In this document: positions 34,714-45,209 of the stretch, piece by piece
Numbering within the stretch: the first letter of the stretch is position 1
Layout: each line of letters opens with the position of its first letter
DNA from: a virus
Length of the DNA stretch: 64,000 nucleotides
Virus record (IMG/VR): IMGVR_UViG_3300040801_000905
Coordinates: 1-64,000 of that record
Reading direction: 5' to 3' (one strand)
Notes under the pieces: generated by a model
What the model saw: the letters and a program-made list of their open reading frames with translations, nothing else
Database searches by the model: none
What the model was told of the DNA's origin: nothing
Made by a program: the position numbers and the translations under genes

Positions 34714-36669
34714 ATGGCATTAGATGCAACAGATTGGACCATTGACCGTGCAACGGGCAATATCCGCTACATTGGAGATGATCATAACGGAACGGCACCA
34801 ACATATGCATCAGTCATTGAAATGCATAGGTTTCTTCAAGATAAAGCTGATGATCCTGAATTTTCTGGTGATGATGAACTAGACATCATTGATAACACTC
34901 CGTCAGATCGCTCAACGGACAACATTATCACGCTTATTAATGGTTTCAATATCAATGATGCATCAGCTGAACATCTTTATGATGGCTCAATTATTCAATC
35001 AGGTGGTGACACCATTTACGATGGCATCGTTAATTTTGGCAACCCCGGAGTTATCGTGCAGCTTATCCAGAATGGATCAGTTGTCACAGATGACTGGTGG
35101 AACTACAGCATTGGCGGTTCGCATACAGGGGCGGCTGACGCAACAACCCTGACGGACTCAACCAAAAGCTGGACGACCAATGAATTGGTCGGCTATTTTA
35201 TTTACAACACCACGGACGGCAGTTTTGGCCTGATTACAGCAAACGATGCAACTACCGTTACTGCTGATTTGTATGGTGGAACAGACAACGATTGGGATAA
35301 TGCAGACGCATATCTAATTGCTAAAGGGTTGAACTCACTGCCTTCATCGGGTATTTCGCACCGTTTTATGGTTAAGGTCCGCGATGCAGGGGCAAACATT
35401 GACGGCAAGCGACTGATTGGTATTACACGCAGGTGGGGCTATACATATGCAGAGTTCAGCATTTCTGCCGGAACGACAAACGGTAACAACGTACTAGCCC
35501 TTTCTGATTCGGCTGACCTTAATAACACTACTGATTACGACACGGTATCTGGCTGGACAACGATTACCAACCAGACAGAAGGTTACGTTTTGCTTGATGT
35601 CAACAATGACACCACAGATGAAGCGTATTACAGCGAATGGAACCGCGACACCTACACAATCAATCAGTTCTACGAGCGCATGAAGTATCTAACCACAGAC
35701 AGTTCAACCGAAACATTGTATGGACTGAATGGAGAGCTTTTCCGCGGTATTACGCACGAGCTAGATGTAGATGGTGGCTCAGGTACATGGGGAACACCGG
35801 AGCATGAAGAAATTTCATGGGGCACTGGAGCTACAGCTGGCACTGCGCGGTTGTTAGCAGTAGATAACAAGACAGGAACTTCAACCACCAAAATCTGGTT
35901 TCAGATGCTGACTGGGGTAGTTCCAGCAGACAACCTGACTATTACGGGAGGAACGTCAAGCGCCACGGCGGTTGCAGATCGCTCAACGGGTACGTTGACA
36001 GAACGTCCTATTAGTGCACCGTTTGTTGGGCAGTCTACGGGTTCTGCGTTGATTGGCTCTTACGGATTCTCGCTAGAAACGGCAGATTTGGGCGTTAATG
36101 ACACGGTGTTTGATTTAACTAACACTGCATACAACCCTCCGAACAATGTTACGTTCACGGTCAATGGCGTAGTGTCTGGCGAAGACTATGTGCTGGTTAC
36201 AAATGATTCATCTGGTATTGACTTTACCCAGATGGCCACGGATACCACGCTGAACGGGGCAGCAGAAACATCTGTATCAATTAATCCAGCACCGGGAATC
36301 CCCGCAGACACACCAGCTACTGCTGGAACGACAAGCAGCATTCGTATTGAGCGTGATGACGGATTGTATTCCTTGCACCGATACACCGCTCGTGATTTGT
36401 CCACAGATACGTTTACGATTCCATCACATAACTTCAGTACAAATCCTGCGACAGCACCAGCAAACGTGTTTATCGCATACATTGATAAGCTGGCTGGTAG
36501 CACAAGCGAAAGCTTCCAGACAGTGTATGACGCAGATCGCACTTTGTTCATCAGGGTTAGGGATGGTGGCACAGCGGGTGATTTAGAGGGAATCAAGACG
36601 GCTGAAACAACGGGGTCACTTGGTTCAAATGGTGGTTCAGTTACGATTAACCGAATCAGTGATGTGTAA
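34714..36669 (+). CDS. tail fibre/spike protein
   Basis: 651 aa, Thr/Gly/Asn/Asp-rich and beta-type. RBS AAAGGAG. Confidence 0.6.
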   Translation: MALDATDWTIDRATGNIRYIGDDHNGTAPTYASVIEMHRFLQDKADDPEFSGDDELDIIDNTPSDRSTDNIITLINGFNINDASAEHLYDGSIIQSGGDTIYDGIVNFGNPGVIVQLIQNGSVVTDDWWNYSIGGSHTGAADATTLTDSTKSWTTNELVGYFIYNTTDGSFGLITANDATTVTADLYGGTDNDWDNADAYLIAKGLNSLPSSGISHRFMVKVRDAGANIDGKRLIGITRRWGYTYAEFSISAGTTNGNNVLALSDSADLNNTTDYDTVSGWTTITNQTEGYVLLDVNNDTTDEAYYSEWNRDTYTINQFYERMKYLTTDSSTETLYGLNGELFRGITHELDVDGGSGTWGTPEHEEISWGTGATAGTARLLAVDNKTGTSTTKIWFQMLTGVVPADNLTITGGTSSATAVADRSTGTLTERPISAPFVGQSTGSALIGSYGFSLETADLGVNDTVFDLTNTAYNPPNNVTFTVNGVVSGEDYVLVTNDSSGIDFTQMATDTTLNGAAETSVSINPAPGIPADTPATAGTTSSIRIERDDGLYSLHRYTARDLSTDTFTIPSHNFSTNPATAPANVFIAYIDKLAGSTSESFQTVYDADRTLFIRVRDGGTAGDLEGIKTAETTGSLGSNGGSVTINRISDV

Positions 36670-36671
36670 CC

Positions 36672-37094
36672 ATGCAATCCTGCGGGAGTTGCACATTTTG
36701 TTGTAGGCATTTGCAGCTTAATGAGATTCCAAGTGCTATTGGCGAATTGTGCAGACATTGTACGGAAGGGGAGGGCTGTCAAATTTATGACAGCCGCCCC
36801 GATGAATGCAGGCAGTACCAATGTATGTGGAGCCAGATGGACAATGTTGGAGAAAGTTTGCGTCCGGATAAAAGCGGGATCGTATTTGATCGGGCTGGAG
36901 AAGATGTAATTACCGCCCGATTGGAAAAAGGGCTTGAATTATCTTCGTTGATTGAAAATCAAATCGCTTCCTTTATGCAGGAAGGGTTTTCCGTTGTCGT
37001 ATTTCAGGGAGCGCAAAAGTTAGGTTATTTGCAAGACCATCATTCCAGAGATTATGTGTACAAGGTGATTCATGGCCGCGCCAAGTTACACTGA
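36672..37094 (+). CDS. CxxCxxCC cysteine-cluster protein (YkgJ/FliB-type zinc/iron-chelating domain)
   Basis: 'CGSCTFCC' is an exact CxxCxxCC. Further Cys residues: 'CRHCTEGEGCQIYDSRPDECRQYQC'. Confidence 0.7.
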   Translation: MQSCGSCTFCCRHLQLNEIPSAIGELCRHCTEGEGCQIYDSRPDECRQYQCMWSQMDNVGESLRPDKSGIVFDRAGEDVITARLEKGLELSSLIENQIASFMQEGFSVVVFQGAQKLGYLQDHHSRDYVYKVIHGRAKLH

Positions 37095-38958
37095 AGATTT
37101 AACTGACCTTGCAACCGGAGATGAATCTACCGGATGGGTAGAAATGACCGGAACGATTGGCGGCGAAGCGTATAACACACAAGGCGCTCCCGCTTATGAA
37201 GACCCTGATTATCCGTTTATTCAGGGCCAATACTCTGTTACCCAAGACTGCACCAAAGATAGTTCTATTGGTTCACTGGCCTATAACAACGGGGCAGGAA
37301 CAGGTGGACACGGTACAGATGGCGCATACCTTGTGTGGCAGAACTACATGGTTGCCAGTAACCTTCAAAACTATGCCAATGGCGGTTTCCAGATCGTTGT
37401 CGGTTCTGGAACAGGCGACTTTTATGCGTGGTATGTCGGTGGGGTGGACAAATCGCCATATCCTTATGGTGGTTGGTTTAATGCAGCGGTAAACACTACG
37501 GTAACTGCCGATGGTACAGCCGGAACACCTACTGCCACAGAGCAGTACATTGGTGGCGCTGTATTTGTCACTACGGGTTCATCGAAGGGCGAAGTCCATA
37601 ATGTTGATGCGATTCGTTATGGACGTTGTTCAGCCATTTTTGAGTTTGGCGATTTGGCTAACGGCTATGCAACGATGGCTGGCTTTGCCGCGCAAAACGA
37701 TTCCAACACTAATCGGTGGGGGCTGATTCAGGCAACAGGTGGTGGCTATCTCTGGAAAGGCCGCATGAGTTTAGGGACAGCGACAAATGCTGTTGATTTC
37801 CGTGATTCAAACAAGGTGGTGTTTATTGATTGGACTCCAAAGGTCACGGCTAACTTCAATCTGATTGAGTGCCTGAACACAAGCAGCAACATTGAAATGA
37901 TTGGGTTTACGTTTCAGGTGTTGGATACCACGACTGCCTCCAGAGGCAGATTTCTGATGACAGACCAATGTGACGTTGATCTTACTGGCTGCACCTTTGT
38001 TGACATGGATACCTTTGTTTTCGACAAGGGCACAACCAAGACAGTTACGGTTGAGGAATGTACGTTTCGGCGCTGCAATGAGATTACAGGTGGGGGTGCG
38101 TTATTCAATGGAACATCTATTATTGCTTGCCGCGCTGATGCTGACGGTGCGTGCCTGACGTGGAACGTAGCAACAGACCCTGATGGTTACATGGATAACA
38201 TGGTAATCAACAGCACCGATTCCACGAACGCGATACACGCTATCGAATTTGGCACAACTGCTCCTACGTCTATAACGTTACGCGGTATAGACTTCGCAGG
38301 GTTTAATGCCACAACAGGTCAGAATGACAGCACGTTTAATGTGCTGCGAACCACAGGAACGGTGACGATCAATTTGATTGGCTGTTCGTCTGATGTAAGT
38401 CTGACCAATTCCTACAAAACCGCTGGCGCTACGGTGGTGATTGTAACGGACCCTGTTACCACAACGGTTGTAGCGCAAACGGCTGATGGCACGAAGGTTG
38501 AGAACGCCAGAGTGTTCTTGGAAACGGATACGGGCGGTTCATTGCCCTATCAAGCAAGTGTTTCGATCACGCAATCGGCTGGTACAGCTACGGTCAGTCA
38601 TACAGCGCATGGGTTCTCAACAAACCAGTACGTTGTGATCCGTGGCGCAAACGAAGAAGAATACAACAAGGTCGCTCAGATCACGGTGACAGGTGCAAAT
38701 TCGTACACCTACAGCGTAGACAGCGGGGCATCATCGCCAGCAACCGGGTCGCCTGTTTGCAGCGCGGTAATTTGCTATGGTCTTACAAGTGCAGCCGGAA
38801 CAGTAACAGATAGCCGAACCTTTGCTTCTGCACAACCAGTTAAGGGTTGGATCAGAAAATCGACCAGCAGTCCGTACTACAAAACCGCCCCGCTTTCGGG
38901 AAGTATTAGCAACACAGCCGGAGCAACATTTACTGGCGTAATGATTTTGGATGAATGA
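37072..38958 (+). CDS. tailspike-like protein (probable parallel beta-helix)
   Basis: 628 aa. Periodic hydrophobic/Asn/Thr/Gly rungs, for example 'VDLTGCTFVDMDTFVFDKGTTKTVTVEECTFRRCNEITGGGALFNGTSIIAC'. Confidence 0.55.
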   Translation: MAAPSYTEDLTDLATGDESTGWVEMTGTIGGEAYNTQGAPAYEDPDYPFIQGQYSVTQDCTKDSSIGSLAYNNGAGTGGHGTDGAYLVWQNYMVASNLQNYANGGFQIVVGSGTGDFYAWYVGGVDKSPYPYGGWFNAAVNTTVTADGTAGTPTATEQYIGGAVFVTTGSSKGEVHNVDAIRYGRCSAIFEFGDLANGYATMAGFAAQNDSNTNRWGLIQATGGGYLWKGRMSLGTATNAVDFRDSNKVVFIDWTPKVTANFNLIECLNTSSNIEMIGFTFQVLDTTTASRGRFLMTDQCDVDLTGCTFVDMDTFVFDKGTTKTVTVEECTFRRCNEITGGGALFNGTSIIACRADADGACLTWNVATDPDGYMDNMVINSTDSTNAIHAIEFGTTAPTSITLRGIDFAGFNATTGQNDSTFNVLRTTGTVTINLIGCSSDVSLTNSYKTAGATVVIVTDPVTTTVVAQTADGTKVENARVFLETDTGGSLPYQASVSITQSAGTATVSHTAHGFSTNQYVVIRGANEEEYNKVAQITVTGANSYTYSVDSGASSPATGSPVCSAVICYGLTSAAGTVTDSRTFASAQPVKGWIRKSTSSPYYKTAPLSGSISNTAGATFTGVMILDE

Positions 38959-39317
38959 TGAACATTGCAGCGTTATTCGCCGGATGGAACTTGTGTCGTA
39001 CTGGCAACGTACTTGGTATTGAAGAATTATATCCAGACGAGGAAGAAACAATGCATTTTGGACCAACAGATAAAGAAGAAGAATTGAGTGAAATAACGGC
39101 TGAAGAGCTTGAAGCTAAGCGAACGGCACGAAAAACATCTACGATTGCTGGGTTGAGTATTGAGGTACAAATACAAAAACAGCAAATCAAAAAGCTTTGG
39201 GATAGACAGAAGAGTATTGAGGGGCTAATGAATACGATACTTCAAGAAATGAAAATGTTGAAAGAACTTCACGCCAAGCAGCTTAATGCGGTATTGAATG
39301 GTGGCCCTACGGAATAA
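38955..39317 (+). CDS. hypothetical coiled-coil protein
   Basis: 120 aa. ATGA overlap. Confidence 0.5.
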   Translation: MMNIAALFAGWNLCRTGNVLGIEELYPDEEETMHFGPTDKEEELSEITAEELEAKRTARKTSTIAGLSIEVQIQKQQIKKLWDRQKSIEGLMNTILQEMKMLKELHAKQLNAVLNGGPTE

Positions 39318-39319
39318 TC

Positions 39320-39826
39320 ATGGCGCTGTCTTTTGACTATCTGAATAAAATCGTCAGTGTGCCGCAGTCAGACTGCACACTGGTGACGGGGACAGTTTAT
39401 TCATTAGACACAAATTGGTTTAAAAACGAAATAAACAAAGAGTTGTCAGACGAAACGCACATATGGGTAGATGATATTTATGCTCACAACACCACTTACA
39501 CCATTGCTGGAGTGGTCTATGCAAGATCAATTTCCATTATTAATGGATGGATGGTGCGCTTTACACCTGATGCTCAATGGTCCGTAATCCTTGAAGGATC
39601 AAACAATGACATCTGGGACGTAGCTGGTGGCATTTTGTTTCAGAATCAGGTTCAGGTTATTCCGACAAACTCAGCAGGGTTGATTCAGGTATCGACAGGG
39701 GGAGGAACTACCGCAGCAGAAATATGGCAACACATTTTAACCAGCGGGCAGGAAGCGCAAGCTGAGCTTATTAAGGCGCGGCTTAATGCAGGCAATGCTT
39801 TTGCTGTAAGCGCATCACAGGATTAG
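39320..39826 (+). CDS. tail-associated protein
   Basis: 168 aa. Confidence 0.55.
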   Translation: MALSFDYLNKIVSVPQSDCTLVTGTVYSLDTNWFKNEINKELSDETHIWVDDIYAHNTTYTIAGVVYARSISIINGWMVRFTPDAQWSVILEGSNNDIWDVAGGILFQNQVQVIPTNSAGLIQVSTGGGTTAAEIWQHILTSGQEAQAELIKARLNAGNAFAVSASQD

Positions 39827-39830
39827 GGAA

Positions 39831-41078
39831 ATGAGCAGACTTACTGTATATGAAGGACCATCACCCGCAACACCACCTGCTGGTGCCATTTCTATATACG
39901 CCAAGATAGACGGCAGACTGTATTGGATGACAAGCGATGGAACAGAGATTCCATTTTATCCTGTCGGAGCTGGGACCGGAGACCTTTTAGCAAATGGGAC
40001 TGTTCCATTAACCAGCAATTGGGACGTTGGTTCTTATGAAATTACCATGCTGCGGGGTCATTTCGACACTACAACGGGACAGCCATTTACTGTAGCCAGT
40101 AATGACCGTGTTGTTGGCCTTAATGCTGATATGCTAGACGGATATCAAGCATCTGATTTTCAGCTTGCAGGAACGTACCTTACTTCAGATGATATTGACA
40201 CGCTAGCTGAACTGAATGCCCTTATTACAGATGCTACATTGGGGGATGCGTCTGATTTTGCTACCGCAGCTCAAGGCGCAAAAGTCGACCTGATCACCAT
40301 TACCCAAGCAGTTGACCTTGACCAGATTGAGACGCGGGTCAATCAGCTAGACGCAGCCGTAGTTCTTGTAGGCAGTTGGGACGCATCGGCTGGAACGTTC
40401 CCCGGAGGGGGCACAGCACAAACAGGTGAAAGCTACATCATTTCTGTGGCGGGCACTGTAGATGGCGTAGATTTCAGCATTAATGATCGCATCGTGGCGC
40501 TGACCGATGATGCATCTACAACTGTGTACGCCAATAATTGGCTCAAGCTGGACTATACCGATCAGGTGCTTTCAGTGGCTGGTTTAACTGGAGCTATTCT
40601 GGCATCAGCGCTGCGTACTGCTATCAATGTTGAAGACGGGGCAACTGCCGATCAAACAGATTCAGAAATTGAAACTGCATACAACAATCAGGTTGCTGTT
40701 GTTTCCCAGTCAGACGCTGAAGCGGGGGTAAGTGCTAGCGTATATAGGTGGACACCGCAACGTGTTAGTCAGGCTATTGCGGCATTAACAGCATCATCAA
40801 AAAATAATGTCCAAACTGGAACAACCTATACCATTCAATCCAGCGACAATGGCAAAAACATCATATTCAACAACGCAGCTGACATCGCTGTTACATTGCC
40901 TGATACTTTGGATTTAAATTTTCAGTGCACCGTTATTCAAGTAAACACAGGGATTCCTACGGTGACGCCGAATACCGACACAATCAATGGAGCCGGAACA
41001 GGTGTTGCCCCTGTTGAACAATGGAAAGCCATGTACCTGACTCAGTACGCCGCGACTGAATGGCTGGCGCTGCTGTAA
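39831..41078 (+). CDS. tail fibre-like protein
   Basis: 415 aa with Gly/Thr/Ala/Asp-rich fibre-type composition. Confidence 0.55.
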   Translation: MSRLTVYEGPSPATPPAGAISIYAKIDGRLYWMTSDGTEIPFYPVGAGTGDLLANGTVPLTSNWDVGSYEITMLRGHFDTTTGQPFTVASNDRVVGLNADMLDGYQASDFQLAGTYLTSDDIDTLAELNALITDATLGDASDFATAAQGAKVDLITITQAVDLDQIETRVNQLDAAVVLVGSWDASAGTFPGGGTAQTGESYIISVAGTVDGVDFSINDRIVALTDDASTTVYANNWLKLDYTDQVLSVAGLTGAILASALRTAINVEDGATADQTDSEIETAYNNQVAVVSQSDAEAGVSASVYRWTPQRVSQAIAALTASSKNNVQTGTTYTIQSSDNGKNIIFNNAADIAVTLPDTLDLNFQCTVIQVNTGIPTVTPNTDTINGAGTGVAPVEQWKAMYLTQYAATEWLALL

Positions 41079-44000
41079 TGTTCCTTCAGGCTATCAAAGG
41101 AATCATTAGCCGAATAACGGGCGGCGATCCTGTAGGCAATTCTGCGGTAGTTAGTGTAGAAGTGGTTGAACTCTATACTGGTACAGCGTGGTCAGCAAAC
41201 TTGACGAAGGGGCAAGACCCAACACAATGTGTGCCATTTGCAACATGGCATATGGGTCCAACCACTACTCCCGCAGATTCACCAGACTATCTTTGTTATG
41301 ACATTGACATTTATGACAATAGTGGCACGCCTGCTGTGCAAATATCCCGTAGATCAGCTAGCGGACAGCATACAGTAACAATATATGTCGTTGAGTTTAA
41401 CGAGGACATTAAAGTACAAAAAATTGCAGGACAGACAGGTTTCAGCACGTTAGAGACTTTGACCTGTGCGGTTGTAGACCAAAGTAAGGCTTTCATAATT
41501 GACACAGCGAAGGCGGTTGATAGTGGAACATTAGATGATCATGACGATTATCATTTTAAGGTTTATTTTGTAGACAATACCACTATAGGCTTCGCAAGGG
41601 CTGGGGCACCTAATTGGCGGTGGTATCACATTTGCTATGTTGTGGAGGACATTAGCACCAATAACGATCATTTCACCGTCCAAGCAGTCAATATCACTGC
41701 AACCGGGGCTGGGACACAAGACGGAACAATTACAACGGCAGTAGACCCAGATACTACAATGATTGTAGTTACGAGTGATACCAATAATGGCGGCACTGAT
41801 GCTAGACAGTCTGCTTGGACTGCTCGTTTATTTAACAGCACAACAGTGCGGATTGAACAAACATCTACAACCACCAGTAATCTCACCGCGTTTGTGGTTG
41901 AGTGGATAGATGGCACACGAGTATTACGTGGACAGCACACATATTCAGGTCTTGACAATGATGATGGTACTCATCAGGAGTCATATACATTTGGGGGTAG
42001 CGATACGGTTGATGTCGATAGGTCCATTGTCCATAGTACCCGACATCAAATTGCAAGTTATGGGGTAAGTTTGACGTTAGGCGACTTAGCCTACGATCAC
42101 ATAGAAATGCAGCAAATGTTTAGTCTTGCTGCTGATGGAACAGGTGTTTTGGTTGACCTGCATGACTCTCTTAATGGTTTCACGTGTTCTGCCTATTGGG
42201 AGGCCATTGAGTTCGTACAAGGTGGTCCATGGACACCTGCACGTTTAACGGGGTTGTACACATGGGTTGAAGTTGGGGATATTGCTGACTTTTATCAGGA
42301 CAGCGCAAAAACTACAGCGGTCACAAGTAATGGTGATCCTGTTGGTGCGTGGGTAGATAAATCAGGTAATGGGCGAGATTTTATACAAGCAACAAACGAT
42401 AATCTTAAACCAACATACCAAACCAATTATGTTACGTTTTCAAATGCCGATGGGGCAGAAGATTATTTGTCAAGGGGGTTCTATTCTACTGTAGATGAGT
42501 GGATGTGCGGAATAAGGGCTTATAGAGCAACCGCAAGCACAGGAAATTGTGTTTGGTTTAGCATTGGAAGTTCTATAACTGACACCACACCATTTCTGTT
42601 AATTATGCATAGCGGTACTGAGTTTAGGGTGTACTGCGATGGGAATTACTACTGGGATACGACAAAAGCAGAAGATACTTGGACAACAGCTATTGTAAGA
42701 GTAACAAAACCATCAACGAATTATCTGATAGATGTTTGGCTAGATGGAACCAAGTTGACTCAACATGATGCAGGAACGTCAATGGCGTTCACTGATTCGC
42801 AGAATATGTTTATGAATAGTCACTCAGGAACGGCAGTTGGAGATCGAGTGGCTGGACTCGTTCTCGCGCATGGAACATTCACGGATCAAGACGCCGAGAA
42901 TTTAAGTGATTATTTGGATGTACTGGAAGTCCCAAGTGGGATCATTTCATTCCTTGCTAATTTCGATGCCACGCATACTGGCGCTGATTGTGTCAACTAT
43001 GTTGCTGATAGCGGTGGTAATGGGACTGGCTCTTATTTTGGCGTTCCTTTCAATATAGATGCAGGATATGTGGAAATAGGTACTACGTCTGGAGTCGAAC
43101 AGGGGCTTATCTGGCCTCACGTTGACTTTGGTACGAATTACGATATTGAGTACAGGGTTTGTGTGTTTATCAATACCGTTCAGGGTGGTCAATACCTTCA
43201 GTTTGCTACCAGCAATCCAAATGCCGATGACGCAATCATATTCGGACTTGGCGAAAATGAAGCACGTTTATGGGTAGCTGGTGGCGGTTCTGGAAGCATC
43301 ACAAATACCTACTCATTCACTGACAACAACGCCACTTGGTACAAGATTAAGCTTGAGGTTCGCAACCAGACAGCTACGTCAGCCGATGTTGAACTGTTCG
43401 TTGACGATGAGCAGGGTGGCGGTTTTGTCAGTCAAGGTACAACAAGCGTAACAGGACACAATTTCGGCGGCAGCAACAACAAGATCGGGCCACGTACTTG
43501 GTATACCTCTGGCGGTTATAGCGGGATGCCGATATATGACTACATCAAAGTGACACCCATTGAGGTTCCAAGCGGAATCAGCCCATTCTTAAAAGACACG
43601 TTCACCGACACTGACAGCACATTACTGAGCGCACACACGGCTGATACGGGAGAGTCGTGGGATTACATAAGCGGCTCTACTCCACAGATATTAAACAATA
43701 CTTGTGATGCCACTGGAACCGTCAATTTTATGATTGAGGGCAGCTATCGAGATTGCATTACTACTGCACAGCTAAGAACAGGTGGTACGCAACAAGCTAC
43801 GGGCCGTTATTGGTGTCAGGATAACAACTTTCAAAACGGATTTCATATTTGGGCTGATGACGCTTATTTACAATTCCGTGCTGGTGGCACAAATTGGAAC
43901 GACTACTCCAATGCAAAAAACAATACGGTTTATGAAGTAGTAACTGCTGTAAAAGGTGATTACTGCGATGTTTGGATTGATGGAGAACATCTTTTCACCT

Positions 44001-44755
44001 ACAAGGATGCAGGGTTTTTCACTAACGGAAGGCATGGGTTCCGATTCTATAACCCCGACTCAACGCAGTATGTTGATGACCTTGAAATGTACACATGCTT
44101 AGTCAGCCCGACACAAGTTACCGATTGCTTGTTCTGGCTTGATGCTTCTGATCGAGGCACAACTACAAATCAATGGGATGACAAGTCTGGAAACGGCAAC
44201 CACTTTGTCTCAACCAATGCGGCTTACTTTCCAACGTTCGCTGGCGGCGCAGCCACTTTTGACGGATCACTCACCTTTTTGGAGGGGCCAGACCTTTCGG
44301 CCTTGACTGAAGGTGAAATCTTCCTTGTTATGAATCGCTATGCTGATACCAGCGAATCAGGGGGAAACACAGGCTGGATGCATTTTGGGACGGACACTGT
44401 TCAAAATGATCATTTCGCTTATCTGAATAGTATTTATACCGACTTTGGTGTGACATCAAGACAGGGAATAGGTAATCCAACTGGAAGTCTGGCTACAGAT
44501 ATGGTTGTCAATATATCTGTTGACTCAACAAGCGGGTTTGATTTCTCACTGTCGGGCCTCATTAACGGTCTGACCGTTCACAGATTCAACAATGCATCCG
44601 TGACAGTTGACTTTAGTAGCGCACCGACTCTTGGAAAATCTGATGGGGCGTACTATTTTCAAGGGGACATTAAAGCGGTGGTGATGTACAGCAGGAAACT
44701 TACAACGGTAGAGCGTGCCTTAGTGACTGCGTACCTAAAAGACACGCATTTTTAA
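41078..44755 (+). CDS. large receptor-binding-type protein with LamG/concanavalin-like domains
   Basis: 'WVDKSGNGRDF' (about 42355) and 'WDDKSGNGNHF' (about 44176) are the typical LamG-type signatures of phage fibres. TAATG start at 41078. 1225 aa. Confidence 0.65.
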   Translation: MFLQAIKGIISRITGGDPVGNSAVVSVEVVELYTGTAWSANLTKGQDPTQCVPFATWHMGPTTTPADSPDYLCYDIDIYDNSGTPAVQISRRSASGQHTVTIYVVEFNEDIKVQKIAGQTGFSTLETLTCAVVDQSKAFIIDTAKAVDSGTLDDHDDYHFKVYFVDNTTIGFARAGAPNWRWYHICYVVEDISTNNDHFTVQAVNITATGAGTQDGTITTAVDPDTTMIVVTSDTNNGGTDARQSAWTARLFNSTTVRIEQTSTTTSNLTAFVVEWIDGTRVLRGQHTYSGLDNDDGTHQESYTFGGSDTVDVDRSIVHSTRHQIASYGVSLTLGDLAYDHIEMQQMFSLAADGTGVLVDLHDSLNGFTCSAYWEAIEFVQGGPWTPARLTGLYTWVEVGDIADFYQDSAKTTAVTSNGDPVGAWVDKSGNGRDFIQATNDNLKPTYQTNYVTFSNADGAEDYLSRGFYSTVDEWMCGIRAYRATASTGNCVWFSIGSSITDTTPFLLIMHSGTEFRVYCDGNYYWDTTKAEDTWTTAIVRVTKPSTNYLIDVWLDGTKLTQHDAGTSMAFTDSQNMFMNSHSGTAVGDRVAGLVLAHGTFTDQDAENLSDYLDVLEVPSGIISFLANFDATHTGADCVNYVADSGGNGTGSYFGVPFNIDAGYVEIGTTSGVEQGLIWPHVDFGTNYDIEYRVCVFINTVQGGQYLQFATSNPNADDAIIFGLGENEARLWVAGGGSGSITNTYSFTDNNATWYKIKLEVRNQTATSADVELFVDDEQGGGFVSQGTTSVTGHNFGGSNNKIGPRTWYTSGGYSGMPIYDYIKVTPIEVPSGISPFLKDTFTDTDSTLLSAHTADTGESWDYISGSTPQILNNTCDATGTVNFMIEGSYRDCITTAQLRTGGTQQATGRYWCQDNNFQNGFHIWADDAYLQFRAGGTNWNDYSNAKNNTVYEVVTAVKGDYCDVWIDGEHLFTYKDAGFFTNGRHGFRFYNPDSTQYVDDLEMYTCLVSPTQVTDCLFWLDASDRGTTTNQWDDKSGNGNHFVSTNAAYFPTFAGGAATFDGSLTFLEGPDLSALTEGEIFLVMNRYADTSESGGNTGWMHFGTDTVQNDHFAYLNSIYTDFGVTSRQGIGNPTGSLATDMVVNISVDSTSGFDFSLSGLINGLTVHRFNNASVTVDFSSAPTLGKSDGAYYFQGDIKAVVMYSRKLTTVERALVTAYLKDTHF

Positions 44756-44807
44756 AAATAGACAAAAATGTCTAGGAAATGTTTGGTAAAATCAGGAGAG
44801 AAAGGGA

Positions 44808-45209
44808 ATGCTTTGGAGTGGTTTAATGGAACAAGCAATAGGGGCGTTAAAGGACGAAAAAATATCCCTGTCTCTTTTGGCAGCTGTGTGTCTTTTAGCA
44901 TGGTATTCCATCACGTGGGCAGGGCAAACATTTGTAGAAATGGAAGAGTTTGAAGACCACACAGAAGAGGTGGGTGAAAAGCTCAACAATCTTACATCGG
45001 TGCTACAAACACACGTTGAAGAATATCGCATTACAGAAGCATCACGAAACATACGTGAGCTGAAGCGTGACATACAAATTGCTGAGCAATTAGAAAGTCC
45101 TGAGTATGAAATTGAAAAGATGCAAGAACAGTTGGTTCATGCAGAGGAATACAAGAGGTGCCTTATTAGACGAGGACCAAATTGCAAGCATTTACGCTGG
45201 CCAGAATGA
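44808..45209 (+). CDS. membrane-anchored coiled-coil protein (holin or i-spanin candidate)
   Basis: A single N-terminal TM helix 'ISLSLLAAVCLLAWYSITWAG' is followed by a charged helical domain. ATGA-coupled to the endolysin. Confidence 0.5.
   Translation: MLWSGLMEQAIGALKDEKISLSLLAAVCLLAWYSITWAGQTFVEMEEFEDHTEEVGEKLNNLTSVLQTHVEEYRITEASRNIRELKRDIQIAEQLESPEYEIEKMQEQLVHAEEYKRCLIRRGPNCKHLRWPE

Noticed and set aside
44768-44953. 61-aa ORF upstream of or overlapping the first lysis gene
   Set aside because: The alternative frame at 44808 has a better RBS, a TM helix and stop-start coupling to the endolysin. The two cannot both be real.
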